From a virus: a stretch of DNA of 64,000 nt. Location: positions 28,631 through 92,630 of IMG/VR virus record IMGVR_UViG_3300031669_000007. One strand, 5' to 3'. Under the pieces are notes generated by a model. The model was not told the DNA's origin, made no database searches, and saw nothing but the letters and a program-made list of their open reading frames with translations. Of this stretch, positions 61,030 through 64,000 are shown piece by piece (position 1 is the stretch's first letter; every line of letters begins with the position of its first letter). A program made the translations under genes and the position numbers.

Positions 61030-61664
61030 TACTTTACTTTCTTAAAGTAATAACTCATTATGCTTTCTCTACCCAACACAGTCTCAAAGTCACTTGTATA
61101 ACGTGCAGCAAAGCCCATCTGAGACATAAAGTTTTTTACTCCCATATCAGTAAAATACCAGATATGTTCACCTGGTTTTAAGTGTTTTGATTTAAGGCAA
61201 GCATCAAGGTCTTTATACACCGGAGTTGAGATAAAAACATTTTCTACCTTTGCTAATAACGGTCTTGGGTCGTCGATGTGCTCAATAACATCCCATAGTG
61301 TCAACGACGTAAACTCTTCTGGGTGATCTGTATAACGTCCTTGATCTTTAAGCCAAGTAATTGCTAGTGGATTAACATCTGCACCTTTACAGTTAGCAAA
61401 CTCAACAAACTGTCCTGATCCTACACCCACATCACATAAGCTCTCAAGTGATACTTCATTTTTCGTAACAAAGTCTGCTCTTAGTTCAGTTAGTCGTTCT
61501 CCGAACCAACCGTGTGAGCAATCAAGATAATGTTCCCAATATGCCTCTCCGTATTCGTATCCATCAGATGGCAGATATCCAATACCAAGACTTTCTATCC
61601 ACTGCAACTTATGTGAATAATCTTTAATTGTGTGCTCTGTTATCTTTGTTAGTTGCTTAAACAT
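61029..61664 (-). CDS. class I SAM-dependent methyltransferase
   Basis: LCDVGVGSGQF, GADVN, WDVIEHIDDP, ISTP, EHIWYFT. Confidence 0.88.
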   Translation of the reverse strand: MFKQLTKITEHTIKDYSHKLQWIESLGIGYLPSDGYEYGEAYWEHYLDCSHGWFGERLTELRADFVTKNEVSLESLCDVGVGSGQFVEFANCKGADVNPLAITWLKDQGRYTDHPEEFTSLTLWDVIEHIDDPRPLLAKVENVFISTPVYKDLDACLKSKHLKPGEHIWYFTDMGVKNFMSQMGFAARYTSDFETVLGRESIMSYYFKKVK

Positions 61665-61705
61665 TATTATCCTTAATTTGTGAAATCATCGATTCTATCG
61701 TTTGA

Positions 61706-62656
61706 TTAAAATACAAATGAGTAAATAGCTTTTTTATCAATGTTTTCTTTGCGAATCCAGGTATCGCGCATCTTAACCAAATCAGGAAACCAAACCATAG
61801 CAGTCTGTACGCCAAATTCTTCTGCTATCATACACAACCCACTTTGATAGGCAACAAAATAATCAGCATTTTTTATTATATGTGTGCTTTTCTTAATATC
61901 TGCAAACATCGGAATACAATTAAAAGGCAACGTCTTCATTGCATTAATAACAGACTCAACCTTCCATCTATCATATTCTGCCCCAATAAAGATAATATTA
62001 TTGAGGTTTTTCTCTATTGCTGTTTCTCCAATTAACCTAACCCAGTCACCGTCTGCCATTTGTTTAATTCTATTTGCATGGCGCTCACTTCCACTTACAT
62101 AAACAAGAAGATATTTTTCGGGTAGGTTTTCTGTCTCTTCTGATTTTAGATTCATATCCCACAACACGGGATTAGTATCAATATCATCTAGGTGTATACC
62201 GTCTTCTAGCCATGCATTAACTGCATAATCAAAGGCGTCGCTATTCTGAATTACGCACTTTGATTTTGCAAGTTGATCATATTTATGCCCGGGAACCATC
62301 GTAAACTCTACTCCTGCACACTTGTCAAGAGTGGCTAAGAAGTCTCCGCTCCGCCTTTGAGTAGTGTCATTGTTAGTCAATAAAATATTGAACTTAATTC
62401 CATCTACTAATGGTGCTAGCTTTCGATAAACCCACATAAGGTCACCTATTCCCTGCACGGTATTTACTTTAATAATTTTTTTATCCATGCTTACTTCCCT
62501 ATTAAAAAATATTATACTGTTGCTATCAATCCTATGACTAATGTGCGGTGTGTCTCTTAGAAAGACGTCAGCTTCTTTCTGTGAATTAACCACCCTCTCC
62601 TCAACCCTAATTTTATTATCAACCCACTTATGGATGGTTATCTTATATTGGCTCAT
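61706..62656 (-). CDS. GT9-like glycosyltransferase
   Basis: QGIGDLMW..FIGAEYD..IIKNADYFVAYQSGL. Confidence 0.7.
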   Translation of the reverse strand: MSQYKITIHKWVDNKIRVEERVVNSQKEADVFLRDTPHISHRIDSNSIIFFNREVSMDKKIIKVNTVQGIGDLMWVYRKLAPLVDGIKFNILLTNNDTTQRRSGDFLATLDKCAGVEFTMVPGHKYDQLAKSKCVIQNSDAFDYAVNAWLEDGIHLDDIDTNPVLWDMNLKSEETENLPEKYLLVYVSGSERHANRIKQMADGDWVRLIGETAIEKNLNNIIFIGAEYDRWKVESVINAMKTLPFNCIPMFADIKKSTHIIKNADYFVAYQSGLCMIAEEFGVQTAMVWFPDLVKMRDTWIRKENIDKKAIYSFVF

Positions 62657-63403
62657 TTAGTCCCTTACTGCCACGCCGTTAGGTCCAAGCAATCCCTGAA
62701 CCCCCACTGGCGCAACTTCTAATATATTTATCTTACTATCATTCACTGTTATTTTTTGTGGATTTAATTTACAATTATCAAAGTGCCATCTTTTCATCGG
62801 TCCAAAAGCACCAATTTTATCGCAGTAAGGACATTCGACTTTAGTATTACTGGGATTATTCGTCAAAAAGTGATGTTTTCCTTCTTCCATTAATTTTTTA
62901 GCATTTTTCTTCTGCCACTCAATGTCTGAAAAATGATGTGATCCATTGGCTACTCTATCTGCTGAGAGACTTGAACCGTCAGATCTAAACTGAAAGTTAT
63001 GTATTCCATCAATAACTTTTTGGTTTTGTGTTTTTCGTTGAATCTCTCCACCCAATAATTCATGTGTTCCATTGGCTACTCTGTCAGATGCCATAGACGA
63101 TCCGTCTGATCTTCTCATAAAGACATGCGTTCCTTCTTGAACCTGTTTTTTATTTAACTCGCTGACAGCCGCAGATATTTCTTCGGGAGTTTTATTCATC
63201 CTTACTATTATAGAACGACATGCTCCATAATCACCTTGAGTATAATGAATATGGTAATGTTCTTGTATCGTTATTGCTTTTAAATTATCGGGAGAATCAT
63301 TGCCATGATCACCGTCTATATGATGAATTTCATACGATCGACCATCTTGGTCTTTTGGTATTTTACCATAATGTTGCTTATAAATTTTACGATAGTTGCT
63401 CAT
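62657..63403 (-). mobile_element. HNH homing endonuclease fused to a duplicate of the upstream gene's C-terminus
   Basis: YEIHHIDGDHGND..NL..EHY.IH; GTH repeats; CPYC..RWHFDNC; tail NILEV..VGVQGLLGPNG. Confidence 0.85.
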
Positions 63404-63404
63404 G

Positions 63405-64000
63405 CTAATCTTTAACTAATATTCCATTTGGACCTAACAATCCTTGCACACCAATCTTTTCAACTTCTAATATATTTAGTTCTGCGGCGAGATACAAAAA
63501 AAGTAAATGTTCGATATCCAAGTAACCACCCTTCTGGAGAATATCTACTTGACAAAGACGCATTGCAGTATACGCCTTCTGTATTTTTTCTATTTCGCTC
63601 GCAGGGAATGACCAGCAACGTGACATAAACTGTTCGGCAACACCGCCCGTTAGCTTTGGGTCGAACTGGCTCTTGCGGCGACCGGCAAACACGATCTTGT
63701 CTTTGCGATTATCATAATCTGATATCTTGAAATCATCATTTAACACATATCGTCCAGACAGTTTGAAGAATCGGTCAACGCCCTCATATTCTTTTTTGTT
63801 ATCGAGAATCATCTGCAACACCTGACCAAAACAGGTAATCTCAGTTAGATTTTTCACCACATCCCAGTTATCAGTGCTGTGATAAAGTTTTTGAACAGCT
63901 TCTTCTTTTGAGAAATCAATCAATACATTGACGAATTGTTGAATTATATCTCGTTGTTCATTTGACAACGGCAATCCACCCATCTCCACGAAAGTTATAT
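63405..64000 (-). CDS. glycosyltransferase-like protein, 5' truncated by the window end
   Basis: RFFKLSGRYVLN..LDIEH; frame is open to the edge. Confidence 0.55.
   Translation of the reverse strand, partial: ITFVEMGGLPLSNEQRDIIQQFVNVLIDFSKEEAVQKLYHSTDNWDVVKNLTEITCFGQVLQMILDNKKEYEGVDRFFKLSGRYVLNDDFKISDYDNRKDKIVFAGRRKSQFDPKLTGGVAEQFMSRCWSFPASEIEKIQKAYTAMRLCQVDILQKGGYLDIEHLLFLYLAAELNILEVEKIGVQGLLGPNGILVKD

Noticed and set aside
1572-63628. Most plus-strand ORFs in the track (e.g. 3160, 13175, 45798, 49770)
   Set aside because: Antisense shadows of well-supported minus-strand genes, with no RBS or motifs
1-64000. CRISPR array, tRNA or rRNA genes
   Set aside because: No regularly spaced repeat-spacer units or cloverleaf/T-loop patterns found by eye; intergenic gaps are short
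1-64000. Stop-codon reassignment
   Set aside because: Long core genes are intact in code 11, and TAA, TAG and TGA all end genes at coupled junctions

Overview
64 kb of an AT-rich large/jumbo tailed-phage genome (T4-like core logic; by gene content it resembles RaK2/GAP32/XacN1-type jumbo myophages, which is inference). Almost all genes are on the minus strand. Core genes: class Ia RNR (nrdA/nrdB), DnaB-like helicase, Toprim primase, a 210-aa minimal DnaE-like polymerase core, a gp62-like clamp-loader subunit, and a UvsW-like helicase split by a naturally split intein with an endonuclease gene between the halves. Also present: an NAD salvage pair (NAMPT plus NadM-Nudix), a glycosyltransferase/methyltransferase cluster and about 12 free-standing homing endonucleases. 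Three signals stand out. (1) A roughly 16 kb late cassette in which about 14 unrelated proteins (kinases, ADP-ribosyltransferase-like, GNAT, ligase-like, Pol-beta nucleotidyltransferase) share an N-terminal MKIxEIIxE tag resembling the T4 capsid-targeting/protease site, suggesting a packaged and ejected enzyme payload. (2) Tandem arrays of tiny, highly diverged proteins united by conserved C-terminal motifs: about 22 with Fx(E/D)xDAxxFxL(R/K)(W/Y), plus three smaller families. (3) A hairpin with an invariant GAUAGAC loop and three different stems, 25-28 nt upstream of three start codons in the NAD-salvage locus, a candidate undescribed cis-regulatory RNA. Several single-base indels in homopolymers suggest residual assembly errors. 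All functional calls come from reading motifs by eye; no database searches were run.
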